A DNA stretch of 64,000 bases from a virus. The notes beneath the pieces were generated by a model, which worked only from the letters and a program-made list of their open reading frames with translations, had not been told where the DNA came from and did not search any database. A program made the translations under genes and the position numbers. Location of the stretch: the IMG/VR virus record IMGVR_UViG_3300042429_001107; one strand, 5' to 3'. Shown one piece after another: positions 41,317 through 50,394 of the stretch (position 1 is the stretch's first letter; every line of letters starts with the position of its first letter).

Positions 41317-42264
41317 ATGTTAATTAAAGACGGGGATTATTCAGTAATATCTGATAATAAGAATAAAGATAATACACCTGAGACAGGGAATACAACTAAT
41401 ACAGGGAAACCAGAAGGCGGTGATCCTAATTTTGAAGATACTCCTAAAAAAATGGAAGACATACCTACAGTTGGTAGTGAATCACCTGGGGTAAAAACAT
41501 TTAGGGATTTTGATACAACTGGTTCTTCTACACAAAAAGCAAAAGAGGTAAAAGCAGATAAGCCAAGTAAGATATTTAAAGGAGATTTAAAGACACCAAA
41601 TTGGGCTGATATATCTAATCAGGCTTTAAGTAGATCTAAGCTATCTGACAAAGCTAAAAGACTGGTAAGGGCTTTAAAAACTAGTGAACCTCTAGTTAAT
41701 TGGAAAAAAGAATTAAAGAAATTCTTTGATAATACATTCAAATCTAGCGAATGGGTTTTACCTAATAAAAGATTCCTTGCTGGCGGTGATATGATATACG
41801 GTCGTAAAGAAACTGGAGAAGACACTTTAAAAACAATTGTTGCTGCTGTAGATACTTCAGGTTCGATTTCGAAAGAACAGGTTAAAGCATTTGTTAATGA
41901 GATAATGTATCTATGTAAAACATTTGATGCTGACAAGACTATAATTATATACTGTAGTGATGATATTGATAATGTTGATATAGTTAAAAAAGGGGGTCAG
42001 CCAGATCTCACTAAAATAGCTTCTACTGGGGGTAATGATAAAGGATTTATTCCGCCATTCCAATGGGTCGAGAAGAATAAAATAAAGCCATCAATATTTA
42101 TTTACCTAACAGATACAGGAGGAGAAATGCCAGATCCTTATAAATATGGAATAAGTAAATATAGAAAGAAAGTATTATGGTTTATATGCTCTCCAGAAAT
42201 GTACAATCCTCCTTCATTTGGAAAAATACTTTTTGCACCAGTTGGTTCTATAAGACCTAAATAA
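41317..42264 (+). CDS. vWA-like domain protein (DUF2201 C-terminal-like), module 2
   Basis: VNWKKEL, PNKRF, VDTSGS, YLTDTGG. Confidence 0.8.
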   Translation: MLIKDGDYSVISDNKNKDNTPETGNTTNTGKPEGGDPNFEDTPKKMEDIPTVGSESPGVKTFRDFDTTGSSTQKAKEVKADKPSKIFKGDLKTPNWADISNQALSRSKLSDKAKRLVRALKTSEPLVNWKKELKKFFDNTFKSSEWVLPNKRFLAGGDMIYGRKETGEDTLKTIVAAVDTSGSISKEQVKAFVNEIMYLCKTFDADKTIIIYCSDDIDNVDIVKKGGQPDLTKIASTGGNDKGFIPPFQWVEKNKIKPSIFIYLTDTGGEMPDPYKYGISKYRKKVLWFICSPEMYNPPSFGKILFAPVGSIRPK

Positions 42265-42279
42265 TAAGAAATTAAAGAA

Positions 42280-43149
42280 ATGAAAAGAATTAAATCTTTT
42301 AAGTTATTCGAATCATATTCTATAGGAATATTTGGAGTTAATGAAGTTGATACTGATGACGAATATATTAATGCTTATGCTTCGGCAAGATCAGGAATGA
42401 TCAAATCTAATTTTTATAAGGACTTTAAAAATTGGTTAGTTTATAAAGCTTATGAGAGAATATTAATGGATAATGAAGGAGAATCATATAATGATCCCAC
42501 GTCAATAATAAAATCCGAGGATTCTAAAATACAATCTCTCGTAAAATACCCTATGAATTATTCTGACGACGGATTTGATTACGAAAAATCTATTAAGGAA
42601 ATGGGGGTTACAGATAACATTAATGATGTAATAACTAGATTAGCTAGAGAATTAAAAATATGTGAACCTGCTAAAAATCCAAATCTACCTCAAGTAAATA
42701 AAGCGGTTTCGGTTATTATCGATGGAGACATTAATGAAGTATTAGATAACATATTTTGGCCAGGTAATATGCCTAATATTAAAGAATTAAAATATTTAGA
42801 TCTTTTTGGAGATGAAAGAAGAGAAAATTTTGGGATCAATAATTCACTAAGAGAATCATTAGAGAGAACATGTAATAAATATGCTTCTATGGAGAGGGAT
42901 ATAAATTCATTGGGTAAAAAATTCATGAATCTTTTAAAAGAGATTGGTGAAAGCCAAATAGAATCTTTAAGAGTATTAGAATTTCCTCAGGTTGTTACTG
43001 AAGCTATAGTGGAATATTTTAGTAAAGCTGAAGATTCATTTAAAGTTGCTGATGAGGTAAGAAAAGGAAGTGAGCATATATACAATAAGATAAAATCCTT
43101 ATTACCTAATATTGATACTGCAGCAGATCTAGGAGATCTAGGATTCTAA
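42280..43149 (+). CDS. Hypothetical protein with leader
   Basis: MKRIKSFKLFES; ends TAADLGDLGF. Confidence 0.55.
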   Translation: MKRIKSFKLFESYSIGIFGVNEVDTDDEYINAYASARSGMIKSNFYKDFKNWLVYKAYERILMDNEGESYNDPTSIIKSEDSKIQSLVKYPMNYSDDGFDYEKSIKEMGVTDNINDVITRLARELKICEPAKNPNLPQVNKAVSVIIDGDINEVLDNIFWPGNMPNIKELKYLDLFGDERRENFGINNSLRESLERTCNKYASMERDINSLGKKFMNLLKEIGESQIESLRVLEFPQVVTEAIVEYFSKAEDSFKVADEVRKGSEHIYNKIKSLLPNIDTAADLGDLGF

Positions 43150-43170
43150 AAAATAAAATAAAATAAAAAT

Positions 43171-43608
43171 ATGACTTTTGGCGAATATAAAGAAAACGGA
43201 ATGGAAGGTACAGAAGAAGATTCTCAGCTTCAAGGAATTAAACAATTAGGTTCTTCATTAGATGAGCATTTTGTAAACCTATTGCTTTTCCAAGCACAAC
43301 TTAAAATTATGCACTGGGGTACAGAATCTTATTCACAGCATAATGCTTATGGTATGACTTATGATTCTATATCTGATGGATTAGACACATTAGTAGAATC
43401 TTATCAAGGATATCACGGAAGAATAGATTTTGGTAATAGCTGCGAGTTCATAAGCTTCTCTGATGTGGAACCTAATTCATGGTTAAAAACCATGATGGAA
43501 TGTTTAACTACATTAAGAGAAAATGTTAAAGAATCTGATTTACAAAATCTGATAGATGAACTTATAGCAGGTGTTTCTAAATTGATGTATTTATTAACTT
43601 TGAAGTAA
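43171..43608 (+). CDS. Ferritin/Dps-like four-helix protein (DUF5856-like)
   Basis: MHWGTESYSQH...DTLVESYQG...YLLTLK. Confidence 0.7.
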   Translation: MTFGEYKENGMEGTEEDSQLQGIKQLGSSLDEHFVNLLLFQAQLKIMHWGTESYSQHNAYGMTYDSISDGLDTLVESYQGYHGRIDFGNSCEFISFSDVEPNSWLKTMMECLTTLRENVKESDLQNLIDELIAGVSKLMYLLTLK

Positions 43609-43622
43609 TCATTTCTTTTAAC

Positions 43623-44543
43623 ATGAGAATAATGAATTTTTCACAATTTTTAAACGAGAACTCAGAAGGTGGATATTCTTCTTTTGAAGCTTTACCTAAA
43701 CCTCTCAAAGATTTTTTTATTGACGGGGTTGGAAAAAACATACTATCTAAAGTAGTCGGACTTAAAAACTTTTCAATAGAACTTCAAGGATCAGAGATAT
43801 ATTTCGTTATTAACGGTAATAAAATACTAGTTCCGTTTGTTAATTATGTTTATGATCAAGTTGTGCCTAATACTAAATCATTAACAAATGAACCAATCAT
43901 TTATAATTTTTATAATAGTTTAGGAATGGATTTAGATAATTCTAGCTACAGATTCTATAAACATGATATAAATGGTTTATCTAGATTATTCTATCCTATA
44001 TTTACCAAACTTAGAGATATTATAAAAGATGATAGACCACTTCTAAATCCTTTTAATGATATTGATCTAAAAAACAACCGTCTTATACAATTATTAGATA
44101 AATTAGGTGCTTATATTGATACTAGTGATCAAAGGAAAAAGAAAGGGATTTTAAGATTCTCATTAAAAGATTTTGGTTATGGACTTATCATACAACCTAA
44201 TGGTTATATGAGAATTGATTACGGTGATAAAACACCAATTCTTACAACTAAGATGGAAATAACAGCACCTGCTTATACTGAGGATGATCTCAATTTAAAA
44301 TTATCATATTTAGTTGTTTATCTTATGAAAGATATACTTAAAAAATATAATGTTCCAGTAAAAACTATAAACTTGCTGGCTAAATTCTACGGAGATAGTG
44401 ATCTTAACGAATATGATAACCTAATAAAAGAAATATCTTTAAACTATCCAGGAGCAACTTCTCTTCTTCCTGATCCTAACTCGGTACTAAATCCTAGCGT
44501 AAAGAAAGGATCTAGTATGCTAAGAAGATTTGGAGTTATCTAA
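43623..44543 (+). CDS. Hypothetical protein with leader and C-terminal KGxxMLRRFG motif
   Basis: MRIMNFSQFLNE ... KGSSMLRRFGVI. Confidence 0.6.
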   Translation: MRIMNFSQFLNENSEGGYSSFEALPKPLKDFFIDGVGKNILSKVVGLKNFSIELQGSEIYFVINGNKILVPFVNYVYDQVVPNTKSLTNEPIIYNFYNSLGMDLDNSSYRFYKHDINGLSRLFYPIFTKLRDIIKDDRPLLNPFNDIDLKNNRLIQLLDKLGAYIDTSDQRKKKGILRFSLKDFGYGLIIQPNGYMRIDYGDKTPILTTKMEITAPAYTEDDLNLKLSYLVVYLMKDILKKYNVPVKTINLLAKFYGDSDLNEYDNLIKEISLNYPGATSLLPDPNSVLNPSVKKGSSMLRRFGVI

Positions 44544-44603
44544 ATATTGAAACTTAATTTCCCTTGTTAAATATAAAGTTAAACCAATAATCTTTATATT
44601 ATT

Positions 44604-44960
44604 ATGTCATTCCACAAAAGATTTTATACTTGGGAGAGAATAAAAGATAAAACTAGCTCCAATTTTAACGAATTTGATATGTGGCTTTATAAGCCGGATG
44701 CACATATTCTGCAAGACACTGAATCCTCCGATTTTTTTGGTGCCTATTTTGCTTTACCTAACGATTTAAAAGAGAATCTTTATGAATCTTTGAAAGTTGA
44801 AGAGGAAAGTTTCCTTAAAGATCTTATTAAATGTATTAAAGTTGTACATGAGAATAAGAACGGTGAAAATCACGACGAAGCAATACAAAATTATAGGTCT
44901 TTATTCGTATCTAAGTGGGATACTAAGGCATTGAAATACCAAAATCTAATAGAAAAATAA
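44604..44960 (+). CDS. Hypothetical protein
   Basis: ORF behind GAAACT-N17-TATAAA. Confidence 0.5.
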   Translation: MSFHKRFYTWERIKDKTSSNFNEFDMWLYKPDAHILQDTESSDFFGAYFALPNDLKENLYESLKVEEESFLKDLIKCIKVVHENKNGENHDEAIQNYRSLFVSKWDTKALKYQNLIEK

Positions 44961-44961
44961 A

Positions 44962-45234
44962 ATGGATAATAATCAAGTAAAAGTTGATCTGACAGAAACA
45001 CCTTGGATTAAGTGTGAAGATGGAAATATGATGTGGGAAACATCTATGCTATTTAAAAGGATATCACCTCTTCTGAGTCCTTCAGGAAAAGAAGAGCTTG
45101 TTCCCGCAGAACTTGTCACGTGTAAAAAATGCGGAAAGGTTCCTAGATTCTTTTTTGATATGGCTAAAGGCATTCCAGACGAACTAAAATCAACATGTCA
45201 TCTTAAATCATCTCTTAATGCTTCGGTATATTAA
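44962..45234 (+). CDS. Small Zn-ribbon-like protein
   Basis: IKCED...ISPLLSPSG...CKKCG. Confidence 0.5.
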   Translation: MDNNQVKVDLTETPWIKCEDGNMMWETSMLFKRISPLLSPSGKEELVPAELVTCKKCGKVPRFFFDMAKGIPDELKSTCHLKSSLNASVY

Positions 45235-45248
45235 AGAATAATTTAGGA

Positions 45249-45285
45249 AATCATTTTTTTAATCTAGACTTTTCTATTATCTTTG
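45249..45285 (+). promoter_or_regulatory. Putative early promoter AATCAT(T)n-N-TAnnTTT(G/A) (representative)
   Basis: AATCAT starts 29 nt before TAnnTTTR at 45249, 49313, 51767, 55208, 57129, 57220 and minus 63051; 30 nt at 31371. Confidence 0.7.
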
Positions 45286-45307
45286 TTTAAATTCTAAAAC
45301 TAAAGAA

Positions 45308-45625
45308 ATGGAAAAAGCACAGATTAAATCGAAAATTTCGGAGATTATTTTAAAAGGCGGGAAGGTATTATTATTCCTCTTTATCTTTACCCTTGGTTAC
45401 GTTGTTTGCGATATTTACCATAGAGCTAAAAAAGAGCCAGGCGTAACTTCAGTAGCAAAGGTAACTAAAACGATTGGGAAAGTGTCCGTTGCTATTAATG
45501 AAAGGAATGAATTAATGATCATAGATCGAACTAACGGAAATTATGAGATCTATCAGGATTCTGTTGGAAGGTGTATATTTAATCTTTATGCCAATAGCAT
45601 CCAGTCTAAATACGAAGGGCAATGA
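45308..45625 (+). CDS. Membrane-anchored hypothetical protein
   Basis: One TM segment; overlaps the transglycosylase gene (ATGA). Confidence 0.5.
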   Translation: MEKAQIKSKISEIILKGGKVLLFLFIFTLGYVVCDIYHRAKKEPGVTSVAKVTKTIGKVSVAINERNELMIIDRTNGNYEIYQDSVGRCIFNLYANSIQSKYEGQ

Positions 45626-46149
45626 AATCCGCAGCTTTAATTATTAAGCTTGGTATATTTGGCATTTTAACTGTGCCATTTAGGCTTTATTTCGAGCCTA
45701 GCGAGACTAAATATGAAAAGCAAGAGGTAAACATGGGGAGCGTCGATATCGACGCTCCTACACCTCTTAAAATGTTTAATGCCATAGAGAAATATTCTGC
45801 TATTTATAAGATACCTCTTAAATATGCACTAGGTGTAGCTTATGCAGAAACTAGATACTCCGGTCCTTTTCATTGGAAATATAATCCCCAACAAACATCA
45901 TGTGCAGGAGCACTTGGTCCTATGCAAATAATGCCGAGTACCGCAAATTCAATATGGAATAAGAACATACCGAGAGCAGAATTAATTTCTGATATAGATC
46001 TAAATGTCGAGACCTCTATGAAGCTTCTAAGAAAGCTTTATGATAGGTATAAAAATTGGAAGATCGTATTCGGATGTTATAATACAGGAAGGCCTTGTGT
46101 TAATGATTACGCAGAAAGAGTTTATAATTTTAATCCAAATATAAGATGA
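45622..46149 (+). CDS. Lytic transglycosylase (SLT domain) with N-terminal signal/anchor
   Basis: VAYAETRY (catalytic Glu), GALGPMQIMPSTA, CYNTG. Confidence 0.8.
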   Translation: MKSAALIIKLGIFGILTVPFRLYFEPSETKYEKQEVNMGSVDIDAPTPLKMFNAIEKYSAIYKIPLKYALGVAYAETRYSGPFHWKYNPQQTSCAGALGPMQIMPSTANSIWNKNIPRAELISDIDLNVETSMKLLRKLYDRYKNWKIVFGCYNTGRPCVNDYAERVYNFNPNIR

Positions 46150-46841
46150 TCTATTGCTCAATTGATTTAGAGACAACTGGACTTAAACCAGAAAGCCACC
46201 AGATATTAACTTTCTCTGGTATATTAGAAGATACTTCTAAAGTTCTTCCTTTTGAAGAAATACCTAAATTTAATATCTACATATTAAGAGATGGTATAAC
46301 AGGAAGTCCTTTTGCAATAAATATGAATTCAGAAATCATAGAACGTATTGCAACATATCTTAATACTAGGGATACAGATGCTAGAATGATACAACGTCAA
46401 ATAGTTGATGGCGTATTTCTTTATGAGTATGAGGTTACTTTCTATTTTTATTTATGGTGCTTAGTACACCAAGAAGAGAGATCTGATTTAGAACATCTTT
46501 TACATTCAGAAGAATGGGGATCTAGAAAGAACCCTTTAATATCAGTGATCTCCGAAATTAGATACACAAATTCTAAAATAGGATGCAATGCAGCAGGAAA
46601 GAATTTCTCTAGCTTCGATAAAAGATTCCTAGATAAGATTGATAAGCTATATGACTTTGTTTATTTTAGACAAAGAGTATTGGATCCTAGCGCTCTTTAT
46701 ATAGATTGGGATAACGATAAGACATCACCAGATCTTAGTACATGTAAGAGAAGAGCTGGTCTAGATGATTTTGTCTCTCACGATTCTATTGATGATGCTT
46801 GGGACGTTGTTGAATTATTTAGAAAACATTATAAGAAATGA
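46146..46841 (+). CDS. DEDD (DnaQ-like) 3'-5' exonuclease
   Basis: IDLETTGL, GKNFSSFD, HDSIDDA. Confidence 0.8.
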   Translation: MIYCSIDLETTGLKPESHQILTFSGILEDTSKVLPFEEIPKFNIYILRDGITGSPFAINMNSEIIERIATYLNTRDTDARMIQRQIVDGVFLYEYEVTFYFYLWCLVHQEERSDLEHLLHSEEWGSRKNPLISVISEIRYTNSKIGCNAAGKNFSSFDKRFLDKIDKLYDFVYFRQRVLDPSALYIDWDNDKTSPDLSTCKRRAGLDDFVSHDSIDDAWDVVELFRKHYKK

Positions 46842-47005
46842 AAAAGACAGCATTAGAATTTTTAGAAAGTATTGATGTTGAGAAGTTGGCTGAAGAATTT
46901 GCTAAGAATCATTCAATATATCCAACAGCACAAGATGATACTGAGTATGGATTTAAACACGGATTCCAAAAAGCAATTGAATTAATTAAACAACAAGAAC
47001 AATGA
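46838..47005 (+). CDS. Micro-ORF, 55 aa (not in ORF track)
   Basis: MKKTALEFLESIDVEKLAEEF...FQKAIELIKQQEQ; ATGA overlaps at both ends. Confidence 0.55.
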   Translation: MKKTALEFLESIDVEKLAEEFAKNHSIYPTAQDDTEYGFKHGFQKAIELIKQQEQ

Positions 47006-47139
47006 TAAAAGAACAAGCCAAAAGATTAAAGACTGACCATTGGCACAAGAAGTTAAGAAGATGGTGGAAGTTCAAGCGTTGGTTGTGGATGTGTAAAACA
47101 CGAATCATTATTAATTATTTTAAACAACAAGAACGATGA
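47002..47139 (+). CDS. Micro-ORF, 45 aa, cationic and Trp-rich (not in ORF track)
   Basis: MIKEQAKRLKTDHWHKKLRRWWKFKRWLWMCKTRIIINYFKQQER; ATGA overlaps. Confidence 0.5.
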   Translation: MIKEQAKRLKTDHWHKKLRRWWKFKRWLWMCKTRIIINYFKQQER

Positions 47140-47258
47140 AGATAATTAGCCTTTACCCAAGCAATGATGTGTACCAAGTAGTAAATGAAGATGAAACAAC
47201 AGTATGGTTTCAAGGTAGCAAAGATGATTGTATAAAATATTTATTAGTGAACAATTAA
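47136..47258 (+). CDS. Micro-ORF, 40 aa (not in ORF track)
   Basis: MKIISLYPSNDVYQVVNEDETTVWFQGSKDDCIKYLLVNN; ATGA overlap. Confidence 0.5.
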   Translation: MKIISLYPSNDVYQVVNEDETTVWFQGSKDDCIKYLLVNN

Positions 47259-47271
47259 ATCAGAATAAGAA

Positions 47272-47526
47272 ATGAAATTTTTAAAAATATTTATTGTCAT
47301 ATTTTTGATAACAGGAACTATAAATATAATTTATCTAATTTATTTAGACAGAAAAGATCCTCCATGTAACTGTTTAGTCACAGCTAAAAATGGTGAAAAA
47401 ATCAGAGCAAAAAGAGTGAATTGGTATAATTCAGGTTTTGCTGATATTAAAAAATGTAACGGCGAGAATTTAATTTTACGAAGCAATACAATACTCAAAG
47501 TTGAATCATTAAAAGTGATAAAATGA
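47272..47526 (+). CDS. Small membrane-anchored protein
   Basis: N-terminal hydrophobic helix. Confidence 0.5.
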   Translation: MKFLKIFIVIFLITGTINIIYLIYLDRKDPPCNCLVTAKNGEKIRAKRVNWYNSGFADIKKCNGENLILRSNTILKVESLKVIK

Positions 47527-47948
47527 TAATGGAAAAAACACTTTATATAGTTAGAGGAGTACCTGGATCAGGTAAATCAACATTTGCTAAGAAATTAGTA
47601 GAACACGATTTCTTAGTTTGTGAAGCAGACAAATATTTTGTTGATAAAGAGACTGGAGAATATAAATTTGATTTATCTAAGATTAAAGAAGCTCATAAAT
47701 TCTGTCAAGATCTCGTGGAAACTTACATGAAGGATTCATTAGTTAATGATCAATTCTACAGAGAGATTGCTGTTTCAAATACATTCACTCAAGAATGGGA
47801 AATGGAACACTATACGGAATTAGCAAAAAAATACGGGTACGCTGTGTTTACATTAATTGTTGAAAATAGACACGGAGGTAAAAACATTCACAACGCTCCT
47901 GATGAGATCATAGAAAAAATGAAACAAAGATTTGAGATTAAACTATAA
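47523..47948 (+). CDS. P-loop kinase (AAA_33 / polynucleotide kinase-like)
   Basis: RGVPGSGKST, CEADKYF, VSNTF, IHNAP. Confidence 0.8.
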   Translation: MIMEKTLYIVRGVPGSGKSTFAKKLVEHDFLVCEADKYFVDKETGEYKFDLSKIKEAHKFCQDLVETYMKDSLVNDQFYREIAVSNTFTQEWEMEHYTELAKKYGYAVFTLIVENRHGGKNIHNAPDEIIEKMKQRFEIKL

Positions 47949-47953
47949 AAAAT

Positions 47954-48466
47954 ATGAAATATATTGTAGTAGATGTGGAATCTGATGGACCTCTTCAAGG
48001 AATAAACTCAATGGTTTGCTTTGGTGCTGTTATTGTTGAAGAGGGTTTAGAAAGAACTTTCTACGGTAAATTAAAACCAGTATCTAGCGAATACAATCCA
48101 GAATCTTTAGCTATCAGCGGATTTAGCAGGGAAGAACACGAACAATTTGACGATCCAAAAGAAGTTATGGAAGCTTTCGCAAAATGGATATCAGATAATA
48201 TTGAAGGTAGCCCAATATTAATTTCCGATAATAACGGATATGATGCACCTTGGATTAATTGGTACTTTCATCGCTATCTTGGAAGCAATCCTTTCGGGTG
48301 GACTTCCAGAAGAATAGGAGATATCTATTGCGGGTTTAAGAATGATCTTAGAGCCAGTTGGAAACAACTCAGAGAGACTAAGCACACTCACAATCCAGTG
48401 GATGATGCTAAGGGTAATGCAGAGGCATTATTAGCAATGAAAAAAATGGGATTAAAATTAAAATAA
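47954..48466 (+). CDS. DEDD 3'-5' exo(ribo)nuclease
   Basis: VDVESDGP, DNNGYD, HNPVDDA. Confidence 0.75.
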   Translation: MKYIVVDVESDGPLQGINSMVCFGAVIVEEGLERTFYGKLKPVSSEYNPESLAISGFSREEHEQFDDPKEVMEAFAKWISDNIEGSPILISDNNGYDAPWINWYFHRYLGSNPFGWTSRRIGDIYCGFKNDLRASWKQLRETKHTHNPVDDAKGNAEALLAMKKMGLKLK

Positions 48467-48477
48467 AAAATAAAATT

Positions 48478-48771
48478 ATGGAAAAATTTGGTAAATTTTG
48501 CTTTGGAGTATTGTCAATTATTACAAGATCATTACTTAGTGGCTACGCTTTTATGAAATTGTGGGGATGGTTTATTGTGTATACTTTTCATGTGAATCCA
48601 ATTAACTTAATTCAATCTATCGGACTTGTATTCTTTTGGGGGTATTTAAAACCGAAAAAGAAAGATGAAGATGGATTCACTTGGGAAAAATTTATAAAGG
48701 AGTTTGTTGAAGACCTTTTATTAGTTGTCGTTGTTTTAGGGTTAGGGTATTTAATCACCTTGTTTCAGTAG
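48478..48771 (+). CDS. Membrane protein
   Basis: Three hydrophobic segments. Confidence 0.55.
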   Translation: MEKFGKFCFGVLSIITRSLLSGYAFMKLWGWFIVYTFHVNPINLIQSIGLVFFWGYLKPKKKDEDGFTWEKFIKEFVEDLLLVVVVLGLGYLITLFQ

Positions 48772-48804
48772 TATTCTGATCCCCTTATAAGTATTTATCT
48801 TTTT

Positions 48805-48833
48805 GAAACTAATAAAAGATTCTGATATATAAT
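48805..48833 (+). promoter_or_regulatory. Putative middle promoter GAAACT-N17-TATAAT (representative)
   Basis: Same spacing at 2691, 17875, 26535, 28723, 35449, 44549, 48805, 52920 and 54787; N16 at 23448 and 15457. Confidence 0.7.
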
Positions 48834-48841
48834 AGAGTAAT

Positions 48842-49296
48842 GGGCCTGTTTTTGGATTTGACAGGCGGAGGTAGTTCTTTGAAATGCAGGCCGTGTTAGA
48901 TGGAAACACGATAATAACCTATCAACGCTATAAACGGCAAAACGATTAACACCGAGGATATGATGAGTATCCTCACTTCTATTACAGCACCAGTTGTTGT
49001 AGCAGAAGAGGCTGAGTTGCTATTAGCAGCTTAACCACTGAGTCGCACTTACTCAGTAAAAGAAATGTGCTGGTGGAGTTGACCTATCCTTAAGGTCGGC
49101 CTTGAAAACCGGGTTAATACCTGGAATTCTTTGACTGAGCATTAAGTCACAAAAAGAAATGCAAACCATTGGTTGTTAGGTTAACGATGGTGAAGAACTA
49201 ACCAACTATTTTGACACTTTAGAAAAAGTGTCTAAGCCTGTGAATGAGTTTCTTGAGCATTCGATCTGGACCCGGGTTCGAACCCCGGCAGGTCCA
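48842..49296 (+). ncRNA. ssrA: tmRNA
   Basis: 5' GGGCCTG pairs with 3' CAGGTCC-A giving a G3:U pair; GGATTTGACAGG D-loop-like region; T-arm CCGGGTTCGAACCCCGG; internal ORF 48936-49034 ends LLLAA-stop; CCA is not encoded. Confidence 0.92.
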
Positions 49297-49301
49297 CTCA
49301 T

Positions 49302-49339
49302 AAAAATCCCCGAATCATTTTTTTGTTTTGGGGATTTTT
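49302..49339 (+). terminator. Hairpin terminator after tmRNA, overlapping an AATCATTTTT promoter element
   Basis: AAAAATCCCCGAA...TTTGGGGATTTTT. Confidence 0.65.
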
Positions 49340-49390
49340 CTTATTTTTACATCATGGATATTTCTCAAAAACGATTAAAAATTTCTAGAC

Positions 49391-49750
49391 ATGGAAGAAT
49401 TTAATAGAGAAGAAGGTAAAACTTATGTTGTACACTTTAAAAAGTACAATCACGACATTTATATAGGAAGACCCAGCAAATGGAATAATCCATATACTCA
49501 CAAGGATCTGGATAAGACACAAGCTAAATTCCAAGTGGATTCAAGGAAGGAAGCAATAGAGAGATACGAAAGACACCTAAATGAGAGTGGATTAATAAAA
49601 GAAATCGAAGAATTAAGGGGTAAAGTTTTAGGATGCTGGTGCTGTAATAAGCCCGCAGATGGATCTGAAAAGAATTTCCTTTGTCATGGTCAAGTCATAG
49701 CAAAATATCTTAATAGCGGACTTAAAAACAAACAAAAACAATTGATATAA
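49391..49750 (+). CDS. DUF4326 family protein
   Basis: VVH...IYIGRPSKWNNPY...ELRGKVLGCWC...CHGQVI. Confidence 0.8.
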   Translation: MEEFNREEGKTYVVHFKKYNHDIYIGRPSKWNNPYTHKDLDKTQAKFQVDSRKEAIERYERHLNESGLIKEIEELRGKVLGCWCCNKPADGSEKNFLCHGQVIAKYLNSGLKNKQKQLI

Positions 49751-49992
49751 TGAGTAGATACGTAATAGACTTAGAAGAGAATAAAGAATTTGTTTATGGA
49801 TTTGACCATGCGCTTGGTTACTTCTATGAATTATGGGATCATGATTTAGGAGAAGAAGATCACGAAAAGCTGGTTGAAGATCGATCTTACTTTCTTAACA
49901 AGTTAAGTAAGGGAGATATGATAGAAGCTATGGTAAAATATAATGCAATAAAAGAGCATTTAGAAAGAGTGGCTATGGATTTACCTTTCTGA
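49750..49992 (+). CDS. Hypothetical protein
   Basis: 80 aa; YGFDHALGYF. Confidence 0.5.
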   Translation: MSRYVIDLEENKEFVYGFDHALGYFYELWDHDLGEEDHEKLVEDRSYFLNKLSKGDMIEAMVKYNAIKEHLERVAMDLPF

Positions 49993-50391
49993 TTAGATTT
50001 CTTTTATTTCGTAAGAGAATTCAGTAGTTCCTGATGCTTCGTATTCAAAAAATTCTTTTATTGAATTGCATAATATATCTATAATCCCTTTTGCGGATAT
50101 ATCTTCGTCTTTTAAAATAGGTCTTAAGTTTAAATTCAAATCTGCATATGATTTAACCTTATATAAAAAATCTGGATTATCCATAAGATCGTATCCATCT
50201 TTGCACATCATACCGATAAGACCGTTAATTACCTCGATTAAATCATCCTCATCTACAACGTAATGCCCATTTTGGTACCAATTTTCAGATAATATATTGC
50301 TAAGAATTTCAGTTCTAGTATCCCCCTCTATTTCTAATGTGAATATTAAAGATCCTTCGATGCTCTCTATAAAGTTTGCCTCGTATTTCAT
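49993..50391 (-). CDS. Acidic hypothetical protein
   Basis: Third gene of a minus-strand operon. Confidence 0.5.
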   Translation of the reverse strand: MKYEANFIESIEGSLIFTLEIEGDTRTEILSNILSENWYQNGHYVVDEDDLIEVINGLIGMMCKDGYDLMDNPDFLYKVKSYADLNLNLRPILKDEDISAKGIIDILCNSIKEFFEYEASGTTEFSYEIKEI

Positions 50392-50394
50392 TAG

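Noticed and set aside
43607-43645. AATCATTT as an early-class promoter
   Set aside because: No TAnnTTT(G/A) box at the conserved 29-nt offset.
49262-49296. Stand-alone tRNA suggested by the GGTTCGAA T-arm
   Set aside because: No anticodon arm; the acceptor partner lies about 450 nt upstream, so this is the 3' end of tmRNA.
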